Shown here piece after piece: positions 1-13,099 of a DNA stretch of 64,000 nucleotides (the stretch's first letter is position 1; each line of letters begins with the position of its first letter). Source of the DNA: Eledone cirrhosa (taxonomy: Eukaryota); assembly GCA_964016885.1 (NCBI GenBank), contig OZ024742.1:16678001-16742000 (forward strand), given 5' to 3'. The notes below the pieces were generated by a model. It had not been told where the DNA came from. It saw only the letters and a list, made by a program, of their open reading frames with translations, and did not search any database. A program made the position numbers and the translations under genes.

Positions 1-3000
1 CCCAATGTCTCTCCTCTTGTCACCATCCACAATGTCTCTCCTCCTGTCACCATCCCCAATGTCTCTCCTCCTGTTACCCTTCCCAATGTCTCTCCTCTTG
101 TCACCATCCCCAATGCCTCTCCTCTTGTCACCATCCACAATGTCTCTCCTCCTGTCACCATCCCCAATGTCTTTCCTCTTGTCACCATCCACAATGTCTC
201 TCCTCCTGTCACCATCCTCAATGTCTCTCCTCCTGTCACCATCCCCAATATCTCTCCTCCTGTCACCATCCCCAATATCTCTCCTCCTGTCACCATCCCC
301 AATGTCTCTCCTCTTGTCACCATCCCCAATGTCTCTCCTCTTGTCACCATCCACAATGTCTCTCCTCCTGTCACCATCCCCAAGTCTCTCCTCTTGTCAC
401 CATCCACAATGTCTCTCCTCCTGTCACCATCCTCAATATCTCTCCTCCTGTCACCATCCCCAATGTCTCTCCTCCTGTCACCATCCCCAATGTCTCTCCT
501 CCTGTCACCATCCCTAATGTCTCTCCTCCTGTCACCATCCCCAATGTCTCTCCTCTTGTCACCATCCCTAATGTCTCTCCTCCTGTCACCATCCCTAATG
601 TCTCTCCTCCTGTCACCATCCCCAATGTCTCTCCTCTTGTCACCATCCCTAATCTCTCTCGTCCTGTCACCATCCACAATGTCTCTCCTACTGTCACCAT
701 CCTCAATGTCTCTCCTCCTGTCACCATCCCCAATGTCTCTCCTCCTGTCACCCTCCCCAATGTCTCTCCTCTTGTCACCATCCACAATGTCTCTCCTCCT
801 GTCACCATCCCAAATGTCTCTCCTCTTGTCACCATCCACAATGTCTCTCCTCCTGTCACGTCTCTCCTCTTGTCACCATCCACAATGTCTCTCCTCCTGT
901 AACCATCCTCAATGTCTCTCCTCCTGTCACCATCCCCAATGTCTCTCCTCCTGTCACCCTCCCCAATGTTTCTCCTCTTGTCACCATCCACAATGTCTCT
1001 CCTCCTGTCACCATCCCTAATGTCTCTCCTCCTGTCACCATCCCCAATGATTCTCCTCTTGTCACCATCCACAATGTCTCTCCTCCTGTCACCATCCTCA
1101 ATGTCTCTCCTCCTGTCACCATCCCCAATGTCTCTCCTCCTGTCACCCTCCCCAATGTCTCTCCTCTTGTCACCATCCACAATGTCTCTCCTCCTGTCAC
1201 CATCTCAAATGTCTCTCCTCTTGTCACCATCCACAATGTCTCTCCTCCTGTCACGTCTCTCCTCTTGTCACCATCCACAATGTCTCTCCTCCTGTCACCA
1301 TCCCCAATGTCTCTCCTCCTGTCACCCTCCCCAATGTTTCTCCTCTTGTCACCATCCACCATGTCTCTCCTCCTGTCACCATCCCTAATGTCTCTCCTCC
1401 TGTCACCATCCCCAATGTTTCTCCTCTTGTCACCATCCCCAATGTCTCTCCTCCTGTCACCATCCCCAATGTCTCTCCTCCTGTCACCATCCCTAATGTC
1501 TCTCCTCCTGTCACCATCCCTAATGTCTCTCCTCCTGTCACCATCCCCAATGTCTCTCCTCCTGTCACCATCCCTAATGTCTCTCCTCCTGTCACCATCC
1601 CCAATGTCTCTCCACCTGTCACCATCCCTAATGTCTCTCCTCCTGTCACCATCCCCAATGTCTCTCCTCCTGTCACCATCCCTAATGTCTCTCCTCCTGT
1701 CACCATCCCCAATGTCTCTCCTCCTGTCACAATCCCCAATGTCTCTCCTCCTGTCACCATCCCTAATGTCTCTCCTCCTGTCACCATCCCTAATGTCTCT
1801 CCTCCTGTCACCATCCCCAATGTCTCTCCTCCTGTCACCATCCCTAATGTCTCTCCTCCTGTCACCATCCCTAATGTCTCTCCTCCTGTCACCATCCCCA
1901 ATGTCTCTCCTCCTGTCACCATCCCTAATGTCTCTCCTCCTGTCACCATCCCTAATGTCTGTCCTCCTGTCACCATCCCCAATGTCTCTCCTCCTGTCAC
2001 CATCCCCAATGTCTCTCCTCCTGTCACCATCCCTAATGTCTCTCCTCCTGTCACCATCCCCAATGTCTCTCCTCCTGTCACCATCCCTAATGTCTCTCAT
2101 CCTGTCACCATCCCTAATGTCTCTCATCCTGTCACCATCCACAATGTCTCTCCTCCTGTCACCATCCCTAATGTCTCTCCTCCTGTCACCATCCCTAATG
2201 TCTCTCCTCCTGTCACCATCCCCAATGTCTCTCCTCCTGTCACCATCCCTAATGTCTCTCCTCCTGTCACCATCCCCAATGTCTCTCCTCCTGTCACCAT
2301 CCCCAATGTCTCTCCTCCTGTCACCATCCCTAATGTCTCTCCTCCTGTCACCATCCCCAATGTCTCTCCTCCTGTCACCATCCCTAATGTCTCTCATCCT
2401 GTCACCATCCCTAATGTCTCTAATCCTGTCACCATCCCCAATGTCTCTCCTCCTGTCACCATCCCTAACGTCTCTCCTCCTGTCACCATCCCTAATGTCT
2501 CTCATCCTGTCACCATCCCTAATGTCTCTCCTCCTGTCACCATCCCTAATGTCTCTCCTCCTGTCACCATCCCCAATGTCTCTCCTCCTGTCACCATCCC
2601 CAATGTCTCTCCTCCTGTCACCATCCCTAATGTCTCTCCTCCTGTCACCATCCCCAATGTCTCTCCTCCTGTCACCATCCCCAATGTCTCTCCTCCTGTC
2701 ACCATCCCTAATGTCTCTCCTCCTGTCACCATCCCCAATGTCTCTCCTCCTGTCACCATCCCCAATGTCTCTCCTCCTGTCACCATCCCCAATGTCTCTC
2801 CTCCTGTCACCATCCCCAATGTCTCTCCTCCTGTCACCATCCCCAATGTCTCTCCTCCTGTCACCATCCCAAATGTCTCTCCTCCTGTCACCATCCCTAA
2901 TGTCTCTCCTCCTGTCACCATCCCTAATGTCTCTCCTCCTGTCACCATCCCCAATGTCTCTCCTCCTGTCACCATCCCTAATGTCTCTCCTCCTGTCACC

Positions 3001-6000
3001 ATCCCTAATGTCTCTCCTCCTGTCACCATCCCCAATGTCTCTCCTCCTGTCACCATCCCCAATGTCTCTCCTCCTGTCACCATCCCTAATGTCTCTCATC
3101 CTGTCACCATCCACAATGTCTCTCCTCCTGTCACCATCCCTAATGTCTCTCCTCCTGTCACCATCCCCAATGTCTCTCCTCCTGTCACCATCCCCAATGT
3201 CTCTCCTCCTGTCACCATCCCCAATGTCTCTCCTCCTGTCACCATCCCCAATGTCTCTCCTCCTGTCACCATCCCAAATGTCTCTCCTCCTGTCACCATC
3301 CCCAATGTCTCTCCTCCTGTCACCATCCCAAATGTCTCTCCTCCTGTCACCATCCCCAATGTCTCTCCTCCTGTCACCATCCCCAATGTCTCTCCTCCTG
3401 TCACCATCCCTAATGTCTCTCCTCCTGTCACCATCCCCAATGTCTCTCCTCCTGTCACCATCCCCAATGTCTCTCCTCCTGTCACCATCCCCAATGTCTC
3501 TCCTCCTGTCACCATCCCAAATGTCTCTCCTCCTGTCACCATCCCCAATGTCTCTCCTCCTGTCACCATCCCCAATGTCTCTCCTCCTGTCACCATCCCT
3601 AATGTCTCTCCTCCTGTCACCATCCCCAATGTCTCTCCTCCTGTCACCATCCCCAATGTCTCTCCTCCTATCACCATCCCCAATGTCTCTCCTCCTGTCA
3701 CCATCCCCAATGTCTCTCCTCCTGTCACCATCCCAAATGTCTCTCCTCCTGTCACCATCCCCAATGTCTCTCCTCCTGTCACCATCCCCAATGTCTCTCC
3801 TCCTGTCACCATCCCTAATGTCTCTCCTCCTGTCACCATCCCCAATGTCTCTCCTCCTGTCACCATCCCTAATGTCTCTCCTCCTGTCACCATCCCCAAT
3901 GTCTCTCCTCCTGTCACCATCCCTAATGTCTCTCCTCCTGTCACCATCCCCAATGTCTCTCCTCCTGTCACCATCCCCAATGTCTCTCCTCCTGTCACCA
4001 TCCCCAATGTCTCTCCTCCTGTCACCATCCCTAATGTCTCTCCTCCTGTCACCATCCCCAATGTCTCTCCTCCTGTCACCATCCCTAATGTCTCTCCTCC
4101 TGTCACCATCCCTAATGTCTCTCCTCCTGTCACCATCCCCAATGTCTCTCCTCCTGTCACCATCCCCAATGTCTCTCCTCCTGTCACCATCCCTAATGTC
4201 TCTCCTCCTGTCACCATCCCAAATGTCTCTCCTCCTGTCACCATCCCCAATGTCTCTCCTCCTGTCACCATCCCAAATGTCTCTCCTCCTGTCACCATCC
4301 CCAATGTCTCTCCTCCTGTCACCATCCCCAATGTCTCTCCTCCTGTCACCATCCCAAATGTCTCTCCTCCTGTCACCATCCCCAATGTCTCTCCTCCTGT
4401 CACCATCCCAAATGTCTCTCCTCCTGTCACCATCCCCAATGTCTCTCCTCCTGTCACCATCCCAAATGTCTCTCATCCTGTCACCATCCCCAATGTCTCT
4501 CCGCCTGTCACCATCCACAATGTCTCTCCTCCTGTCACCATCCCTAATGTCTCTCCTCCTGTCACCATCCCCAATGTCTCTCCTCCTGTCACCATCCCCA
4601 ATGTCTCTCCTCCTGTCACCATCCCTAATGTCTCTCATCCTGTCACCATCCCCAATGTCTCTCCTCCTGTCACCATCCACAATGTCTCTCCTCCTGTCAC
4701 CATCCCTAATGTCTCTCCTCCTGTCACCATCCCTAATGTCTCTCATCCTGTCACCATCCCTAATGTCTCTCCTCCTGTCACCATCCACAATGTCTCTCCT
4801 CCTGTCACCATCCCCAATGTCTCTCCTCCTGTCACCATCCCCAATGTCTCTCCTCCTGTCACCATCCCTAATGTCTCTCCTCCTGTCACCATCCCCAATG
4901 TCTCTCCTCCTGTCATCATCCCTAATGTCTCTCCTCCTGTCACCATCCCCAATGTCTCTCCTCCTGTCACCATCCCTAATGTCTCTCCTCCTGTCACCAT
5001 CCCCAATGTCTCTCATCCTGTCACCATCCCCAAATGTCTCTCCTCCTGTCACCATCCCCAATATCTCTCCTCCTGTCACCATCCCCAATATCTCTCCTCT
5101 TGTCACCATCCACAATGTCTCTCATCCTGTCACCATCCCCAAATGTCTCTCCTCTTGTCACCATCCACAATGTCTCTCCTCCTGTCTCCATCCCCAATGT
5201 CTCTCCTCCTGTCACCATCCCTAATGTCTCTCATCCTGTCACCATCCCCAATGTCTCTCCTCTTGTCACCATCCACAATGTCTCTCCTCCTGTCACCATC
5301 CCAAATGTCTCTCCTCTTGTCACCATCCCCAATGTCTCTCCTCCTGTCAGCATCCCTAATGTCTCTCCTCCTATCACCATCCCTAATGTCTCTCCTCCTG
5401 TCACCATCCCCAATGTCTCTCCTCCTGTCACCATCCCTAATGTCTCTCATCCTGTCACCATCCCCAATGTCTCTCCTCTTGTCACCATCCCTAATGTCTC
5501 TCCTCCTATCACCATCCCTAATGTCTCTCCTCCTGTCACCATCCCCAATGTCTCTCCTCCTGTCACCATCCCTAATGTCTCTCCTCCTGTCACCATCCAC
5601 AATGTCTCTCCTCCTGTCACCATCCCTAATGTCTCTCCTCCTGTCACCATCCACAATGTCTCTCCTCCTGTCACCATCCCTAATGTCTCTCCTCCTGTCA
5701 CCATCCACAATGTCTCTCCTCCTGTCACCATCCCTAATGTCTCTCCTCCTGTCACCATCCCCAATGTCTCTCCTCCTGTCACCATCCACAATGTCTCTCC
5801 TCCTGTCACCATCCCTAATGTCTCTCCTCCTGTCACCATCCCCAATGTCTCTCCTCCTGTCACCATCCCTAATGTCTCTCCTCCTGTCACCATCCCTAAT
5901 GTCTCTCCTCCTGTCACCATCCCTAATGTCTCTCCTCCTGTCACCATCCCCAATGTCTCTCCTCCTGTCACCATCCCCAATGTCTCTCCTCCTGTCACCA

Positions 6001-7491
6001 TCCCTAATGTCTCTCATCCTGTCACCATCCCTAATGTCTCTCCTCCTGTCACCATCCCCAATGTCTCTCCTCCTGTCACCATCCCTAATGTCTCTCATCC
6101 TGTCACCATCCCTAATGTCTCTCCTCCTGTCACCATCCCCAATGTCTCTCCTCCTGTCACCATCCCCAATGTCTCTCCTCCTGTCACCATCCCTAATGTC
6201 TCTCATCCTGTCACCATCCCCAATGTCTCTCCTCCTGTCACCATCCACAATGTCTCTCCTCCTGTCACCATCCCTAATGTCTCTCCTCCTGTCACCATCC
6301 CTAATGTCTCTCATCCTGTCACCATCCCTAATGTCTCTCCTCCTGTCACCATCCACAATGTCTCTCCTCCTGTCACCATCCCCAATGTCTCTCCTCCTGT
6401 CACCATCCCTAATGTCTCTCCTCCTGTCACCATCCCTAATGTCTCTCCTCCTGTCACCATCCCCAATGTCTCTCATCCTGTCACCATCCCCAAATGTCTC
6501 TCCTCCTGTCACCATCCCCAATATCTCTCCTCCTGTCACCATCCCCAATATCTCTCCTCTTGTCACCATCCACAATGTCTCTCATCCTGTCACCATCCCC
6601 AAATGTCTCTCCTCTTGTCACCATCCACAATGTCTCTCCTCCTGTCTCCATCCCCAATGTCTCTCCTCCTGTCACCATCCCTAATGTCTCTCATCCTGTC
6701 ACCATCCCTAATGTCTCTCCTCCTGTCACCATCCCTAATGTCTCTCATCCTGTCACCATCCCCAATGTCTCTCCTCTTGTCACCATCCACAATGTCTCTC
6801 CTCCTGTCACCATCCCAAATGTCTCTCCTCTTGTCACCATCCACAATGTCTCTCCTCCTGTCAGCATCCCTAATGTCTCTCCTCCTATCACCATCCCTAA
6901 TGTCTCTCCTCCTGTCACCATCCCCAATGTCTCTCCTCCTGTCACCATCCCTAATGTCTCTCCTCCTGTCACCATCCACAATGTCTCTCCTCCTGTCACC
7001 ATCCCTAATGTCTCTCCTCCTGTCACCATCCACAATGTCTCTCCTCCTGTCACCATCCCTAATGTCTCTCCTCCTGTCACCATCCACAATGTCTCTCCTC
7101 CTGTCACCATCCCTAATGTCTCTCCTCCTGTCACCATCCCCAATGTCTCTCCTCCTGTCACCATCCACAATGTCTCTCCTCCTGTCACCATCCCTAATGT
7201 CTCTCCTCCTGTCACCATCCCCAATGTCTCTCCTCCTGTCACCATCCCTAATGTCTCTCCTCCTGTCACCATCCCCAATGTCTCTCCTCCTGTCAGCATC
7301 CCCAATGTCTCTCCTCCTGTCACCATCCACAATGTCTCTCCTCCTGTCACCATCCCTAATGTCTCTCCTCCTGTCACCATCCCCAATGTCTCTCCTCCTG
7401 TCACCATCCCCAATGTCTCTCCTCCTGTCACCATCCACAATGTCTCTCCTCCTGTCACCATCCCTAATGTCTCTCCTCCTGTCACCATCCC
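1..7491. repeat. 27-bp tandem satellite/minisatellite (consensus CCCAATGTCTCTCCTCCTGTCACCATC), ~277 units, runs off the window start
   Basis: Unit read directly. The 9-aa periodicity of the ORF translations (MSLLLSPSP / DGDRRRDIG) reflects the 27-nt period. Variants CCCC/CCCT/CCAC/CCCA occur before AATG. Confidence 0.98.
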
Positions 7492-7641
7492 AGTGCGTGA
7501 CTGATATTTATTTTACGACACCATAAGGATGAAAGGCAAAGTTAACCTCGGCGGGATTTGAACTCAGCTCATCAAGAGCCGTAACTCTATGCTGCAAAGC
7601 ATGGCGTCCGACCCTCTACTGATACTGCCAATCCACCACCC
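7489..7641 (-). mobile_element. tRNA-derived SINE (octopus-type family), 3' tail replaced by the satellite
   Basis: Minus strand reads GGTGGATTGGCAGTATC..TAGAG (A-box-like) ... GAGTTCAAATCCC (B box) ... GCCTTTCATCCTT..GTCGTAAAATAAA..CAGTCACGCACTGGG. Same family as the copies at 10790, 18947 and 53211. Confidence 0.88.
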
Positions 7642-8090
7642 TAGCATTGTGTCAGACCCTCCACTGATACGGCCAATCCACCACCCTAGCATGGTATCAG
7701 ACCCTCTACTGATACTGCCAATCCACCGCCCTAGCATGGCGTCCGACCGTCTACCGATACTGCCAATCCACCGCCCTAGCATGGCGTCCGACCCTCTACC
7801 GATACGGCCAATCCACCACCCTAGCATGGCGTCCGACCCTCTACCGATACTGCCAATCCACCACCCTAGCATGGCGTCCGACCCTCTACCGATACTGCCA
7901 ATCCACCGCCCTAGCATGGCGTCCGACCCTCTACCGATACTGCCAATCCACCACCCTAGCATTGCGTCCGACCCTCTACCGATACGGCCAATCCACCACC
8001 CTAGCATGGCGTCCGACCCTCTACCGATACTGCCAATCCACCACCCTAGCATGGCGTCCGACCCTCTACCGATATTGCCAATCCACCACC
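7598..8090. repeat. 45-bp tandem array (~11 units, TAGCATGGCGTCCGACCCTCTACCGATACTGCCAATCCACCACCC) derived from the SINE 5' head
   Basis: Unit read directly. It matches the first ~45 nt of the SINE copies at 19096-19137 and 53358-53400. Confidence 0.93.
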
Positions 8091-8372
8091 AATGAGAATA
8101 AATAATCCAAAGAGGTTATCCATATGAAAGTCAACAGTTAATTAAATTTTAAAATAGTGAAAAAGTTGAATTTGGGGTAGCTAGTGATTATTTTCATTGG
8201 AAAATAGCAAACGTGAAAATACGTCATAAATTGTTTTATCGAGAAATGTTTCCGCAACAAACTTCCGGATTAGATCTAAAGTTTGATATTACTTCCTCTT
8301 TTTCCATCCCATCAAGGTCGAAGGTTCTGAAAGGTGTCATAGATACTGACCTTTCCTTCCCGACTAAACAGT

Positions 8373-8490
8373 GAAGGCGTGTGGCTGATCGGTTTAGAGA
8401 ACTGGATTCGCAATCATGAGGTTGTGAGTTCGATTCCTGGACCGGGAGATGTGTTATGACCTTGAGCATGACACTTTATTCACATTGCTC
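8373..8490 (+). mobile_element. tRNA-derived CORE-like SINE fragment
   Basis: GGCGTGTGGCTGATCGGTTTAGAG (A box) and GTGAGTTCGATTCC (B box), followed by TGACCTTGAGCATGACACTTT, which resembles the CORE/MIR motif TGACCTTGGGCAAGTCACTT. Confidence 0.7.
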
Positions 8491-9493
8491 CTTCTACCTG
8501 GAGTTGCGACCGATAGTTAGTATTAGCAATTGGAAAGACCAACGGAAACATTGTTTCCTCGGTCCGATTTGACGAAAGTCGATCGCCAAAAATTATAAAC
8601 AGTAAAAGAAAAGATGAAGTCTAACATTTCGTTCATATCACTGAAATGTTAAACATCTTCTCTTCTCCACAACAATTAATATTAAGATACTAATGTATAG
8701 AAAATTTAATTATTAACAGAAATAAACATACATCTAATAATGAAAAATGACAAAAAACGCGATATCATTCAATAACTAATATATTCATTTTCCAGCATAT
8801 GTCGAAGACATGGGATATTATTGTGACCCTAGAAGTAGAGCATAACCTTCACTCTACTTGCCATAGTAATGATTAATGTATTACTAAATAAATATCCAAG
8901 TTTATATATTTAATGACGTAGGAAATATTGAAAGGGGGGAGGTAGTTTGTCAATCAGTCAGTTATATTTACGTCTGAATGAGCAATCGACCACTCATATA
9001 TTTAAACACTTCATAGCAATTAGATTAAAAGGGCGTACTTGATGATGTTAGGTAAAACTGGATTTAAGCATCAGTTCTTTTAAAGTTTCTAAGGTCCTAG
9101 ACGATATTTACATTTTTATTATATTACAACGGTGACATAATTTCTATCTGACAGAAAAATCAATAATTCCATAGACTTAAACGTTACTGCTCGGAACACA
9201 TAACCCTTCAATAACACTTCGGCTATGTTTAGTGTATATATTATGAAATAATAGTTCATTCAGTTGGTATAACAGTTGATTGAGTGGACTTCTGAAGGAG
9301 GCATAAGTATTTACATTCATTTTAAATCGTTAAACATGTGTCAGTTATGTTTTTGCTAAACGTGTGTCATATACTTTCGATTTCGATATTCTGATTCTTA
9401 CCAGAAAATCAGAAATATTATAATTAGGAATGTTATACCAGCAACGCTAAAATAAAGAAATACAAATAAATATAATCGATTTGATCATAATAG

Positions 9494-10162
9494 TGAGAGA
9501 TGGGGAGAACGGGAGGGACGGAGGCAGTGACAGTGGGAGTTTGGTTCCTTTGTGTTTGGACCTGGTGGGTATGAGAGATGGGGAGAGTGAGAGAGACAGA
9601 GGCAGGGACAGTGGGAGTTTGGTCTCTTTGTGTTTGGACCTGGTGGGTATGAGAGATGGGGAGAGAGACAGAGGCAGTGACAGTAGGAGTTTGGTTCCTT
9701 TGTGTTTGGACCTGGTGGGTATGAGAGATGGGGAGAGTGAGAGACGCAGTGACAGTGGGAGTTTGGTCCCTTTGTGTTTGGACCTGGTGGGTATGAGAGA
9801 TGGGGAGAGTGAGAGAGGCAGTGACAGTGGGAGTTTGGTCCCTTTGTGTTTGGACCTGGTGGGTATGAGAGATGGGGAGAATGAGAGAGACAGAGGCAGT
9901 GACAGTGGGAGTTTGGTCCCTTTGTGTTTGGACCTGGTGTATATGAGAGATGGGGAGAGAGAGAGACAGAGGCAGTGACAGTGGGAGTTTGGTCCCTTTG
10001 TGTTTGGACCTGGTGTATATGAGAGATGGGGAGAGAGAGAGAGACAGAGGCAGTGACAGTGGGAGTTTGGTCCCTTTGTGTTTGGACCTGGTGGGTATGA
10101 GAGATGGGGAGAGTGAGAGAGGCAGTGCAGTGGGAGTTTGGTTCCTTTGTGTTCGGACCTGA
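9494..10162. repeat. ~66-72 bp minisatellite, ~10 units, length variation confined to an internal GA-rich tract
   Basis: Constant segment CAGTGACAGTGGGAGTTTGGTCCCTTTGTGTTTGGACCTGGTGGGTATGAGAGATGGGGAGAG repeated, with a variable (GA)n linker. Confidence 0.95.
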
Positions 10163-10789
10163 TGTATATGTATATATTTCACAGACACACACTCACACTG
10201 AGGGAATTTAATTTGATATTTGACAGAATTTTAACTCTAAACTTTGCTAAAAATGTTCAATATTGAGTTATAAATTTACTCGTAGTTGCTTTACCAAGGT
10301 TATATTATTACAATAAGACTTTATTCACAATTGCATAAATAACATTACAAATTATTTATAATTCTTACAGAATGAAAATATACTCAAATAATATATACAC
10401 CGGCATAGATGCTGGTTTTGATAAAAGACCCTAATTAGAGCGTTGTGTTTTAGTGAATATCTATATGTATGTGTATTTCTATGTACGTTTCGGTGATTAT
10501 TTGTGCGTTTGAATGACTGAGGTCGTCTGAAACACAGATGGACAAGAACAAATATTTAGAAAGTTAATACTTTGAAATAAAGAAATTACATTTATCTCGG
10601 CATTAGCTTAATGGAGACACGCGTTTATAAAGATAAAGAGTTTGCACGTATCATATTTACGGGGACGGGAGTAAAAAGAGAAGAGTTTTCCTGTTTGTGT
10701 TATGTATTGCGGAATATATCATATAGAGATTATTATAGAAGACAGCAATGAATATATAAGCAAAGTTTACAACTGTTATATGTTTAAAG

Positions 10790-11008
10790 AGTGGTTGATT
10801 ATCAGAATCAGTAGAGCATCGGACACCATGCTTCCTGGCATAGAGTTACGGTCCTTTATGTTCTGAGTTCAAATCCCGCCGAGGTTAGCTTTGCCTTTCA
10901 TCCTTACGGGGTCGATAAAATAAAGTACCAGTAATGTACTGGGGTAAATTTAATCGACTTTCTCCTCCCCAAAATTATTGGCCTTGCGCCTATAATAGAA
11001 ACAATTAT
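10790..11008 (+). mobile_element. tRNA-derived SINE, near full length
   Basis: B box GAGTTCAAATCCC, core GCCTTTCATCCTTACGGGGTCGATAAAATAAAGTACCAG, tail GGCCTTGCGCCTATAATAGAAACAATTAT. Confidence 0.88.
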
Positions 11009-11295
11009 CATATGTTTAATTATATTCCTATATTTTGTATCATTTTAAGTGTTTAATGTCCCAATATATCGTGTGACGTCATTGTCCCTCCTATAAGAGA
11101 TCTTACTAGTATATATCAGTTCATTGGTTAGTCACTATTGTTGTTTTCTTATCTTGTTTATGAACGCTACCGTTGTTTTTATTGGTAATCTTCTTTGTTT
11201 GTAGATGTGCTATTTCGAATATATCTTTTTTATCCCGTCACAGGTCAGTGATTCTTATATATTCGGTTGCCTGATCTTCTCGTTTCTGTTTGTTT

Positions 11296-11381
11296 TTTTC
11301 ATATCCAGTTTATTTACAGACATTCAAATATGCTTTTACGTAATGCACACACACACATATATATGTAAATACATATGTGAG

Positions 11382-11437
<56 letters not shown>

Positions 11438-11575
11438 TATATATATATATATATACATATGTGAGTATATATATATATATATACTCACATATGTATATAC
11501 ATATATATATATGTGGGGGGGGGGGCATTACGTAAAAGCATATTTGAATGTCTGTAAATAAACTGGATATGAAAA
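11296..11575. repeat. Inverted repeat (51-bp unique arms 11296-11346 / 11525-11575) enclosing microsatellite
   Basis: TTTTCATATCCAGTTTATTTACAGACATTCAAATATGCTTTTACGTAATGC and its exact reverse complement. Confidence 0.92.
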
Positions 11576-11796
11576 TATGGAATACTGTTGGCTTCTTGCT
11601 ACAATAATTTCTATACTTTTCATTTATATATATATATATATAGATATATATATATAGATTTTGAGTATATGTTGGTTGTATATGATTCCAGTTCCTCAGT
11701 GAAATAACAACCCAACCAGGAACTGGGCATATCAGAGTATTGACAAAATTATACACCTCAACAACATATGTACTCGTCTCTACCACACTAATTCGG

Positions 11797-11851
11797 ACTG
11801 CCTGAAGAGGTCACAGCCAAAGATGGCTGTCACCGAAATATATATAGCAGT
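11797..11851 (+). ncRNA. Minimal type-I hammerhead ribozyme motif (Penelope-associated type)
   Basis: ACTGC-CTGAAGA-GGTcACAGCC(aaagat)GGCTGTcACC-GAAA-TATATA-TA-GCAGT. Stem I is ACTGC/GCAGT, the core is canonical, stem II pairs and stem III is palindromic. Confidence 0.78.
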
Positions 11852-13099
11852 AATAAACGAAGCTAAATTTTAAGCATTTGACTTTTATTTTACTTTATTT
11901 TGTATATATATATATATATCAGTGTGTGTATTCCTGTTGATCATAGACACAAACAGTAACTTACGTAGAAAATAGATCAATGATACACAAACTGAACAGT
12001 ATCGAGCTGTATACCAATTAACTGTCTGAACTTTCAACAAGAACAATGGAACTAGTTCCTCGGTCCCATCATTTTAACGGGACCTCATGGGATATATATA
12101 CAAGGTGTACACGAAGGTTAACAACCTTCCAAAGGGTCTTGTTGAATTCTCCATAAGATAGGCACATCCTGCTTACAAATATACAAATTCATTTTTTTCC
12201 GCGGAAATCATTTTGTGGTCTTGCCGCGTGTTGCAGCCCCATCATCGCCGCACCCTAGGGCCAAAGCCCATAACTCCATTCCCCTTCCCCTTCCCCACCC
12301 ATTTTTCTGTGACCCTAGAACCCTTGCCTTTCCCTTCTTTTTCCGTTTTTAAAGATTAATAAAGTTAATAATTTTCAAGCGCTTGATATTTGTATCAATA
12401 CTAACAATTAGCTTATAATGATTACATGCTTCGCCCGAAAGTGATCGAATCTTGATTGATTAAGCTTATTTCACATATAAAATATATTTTCATTGCAGAT
12501 TATTTCGACTATAGTACTACAATAGTTAAACACATTTCCACCGTTACTAAACGTAGCAACCAAGTATTGAATTTAATGTAACAACTCCACATAACCACAA
12601 CCTCACTGCAAACGTTGGGATGAAACTGTTAGTGTTTATGACAATGAGAACATTAGATATTGGTTTATTTCGGGGATCTCCCGTTGAATTTATAACAGAT
12701 CACCATTTCTCGGGAAGCTGTTTCGAGAAATGTAGAAGCTTACCCGGGATCTTCATATCTCCTCAAAGCTGTATCTGGAACTATATTATAACAGTGTTAT
12801 AATGAAGAAACCGACAGATGTTATTTTAACAGTTGTCTCTATCATGACAACTCCATTTTTACAGGAAAGAACAAGAATTGTTACGACTTCAAAAGAGTTA
12901 AATATTCTACAGGGGCTTGAGAAATGACTTCCTTCAAAATCAAGTCTCTGCTACTTTTAAACTAGAAGGATCATTAAAAATGTTGCTGCTGTTCGAGATT
13001 GTTTTTTTACTATGTTGGGAAGACCTTGTTTTGAATCTTTCCAATCTAGACTATAATTTGAAACAAATTGTAACTGAATCTTGATGAGTTTCTATCATT

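Noticed and set aside
5-7526. Very long ORFs (up to 1419 aa; DGDRRRDIG, MSLLLSPSP, VSPPVTIPN repeats)
   Set aside because: The 27-bp unit is a multiple of 3 and nearly stop-free in several frames on both strands. Frameshifting 28-bp and deleted units occur freely and there is no unique flanking coding sequence.
8373-8445. Possible tRNA gene
   Set aside because: A and B boxes are present, but there is no convincing acceptor stem and it continues into a CORE-like SINE body.
9494-10162. CRISPR-like appearance (constant repeat with variable linkers)
   Set aside because: Linkers are (GA)n slippage variants of one sequence, not unique spacers. The context is eukaryotic and there are no cas genes.
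1-10162. Common origin of the 27-bp satellite (minus strand) and the 70-bp minisatellite
   Set aside because: Shared words (GTGACAG, GAGAGACA, GATGG) are short and low-complexity, with no colinear alignment.
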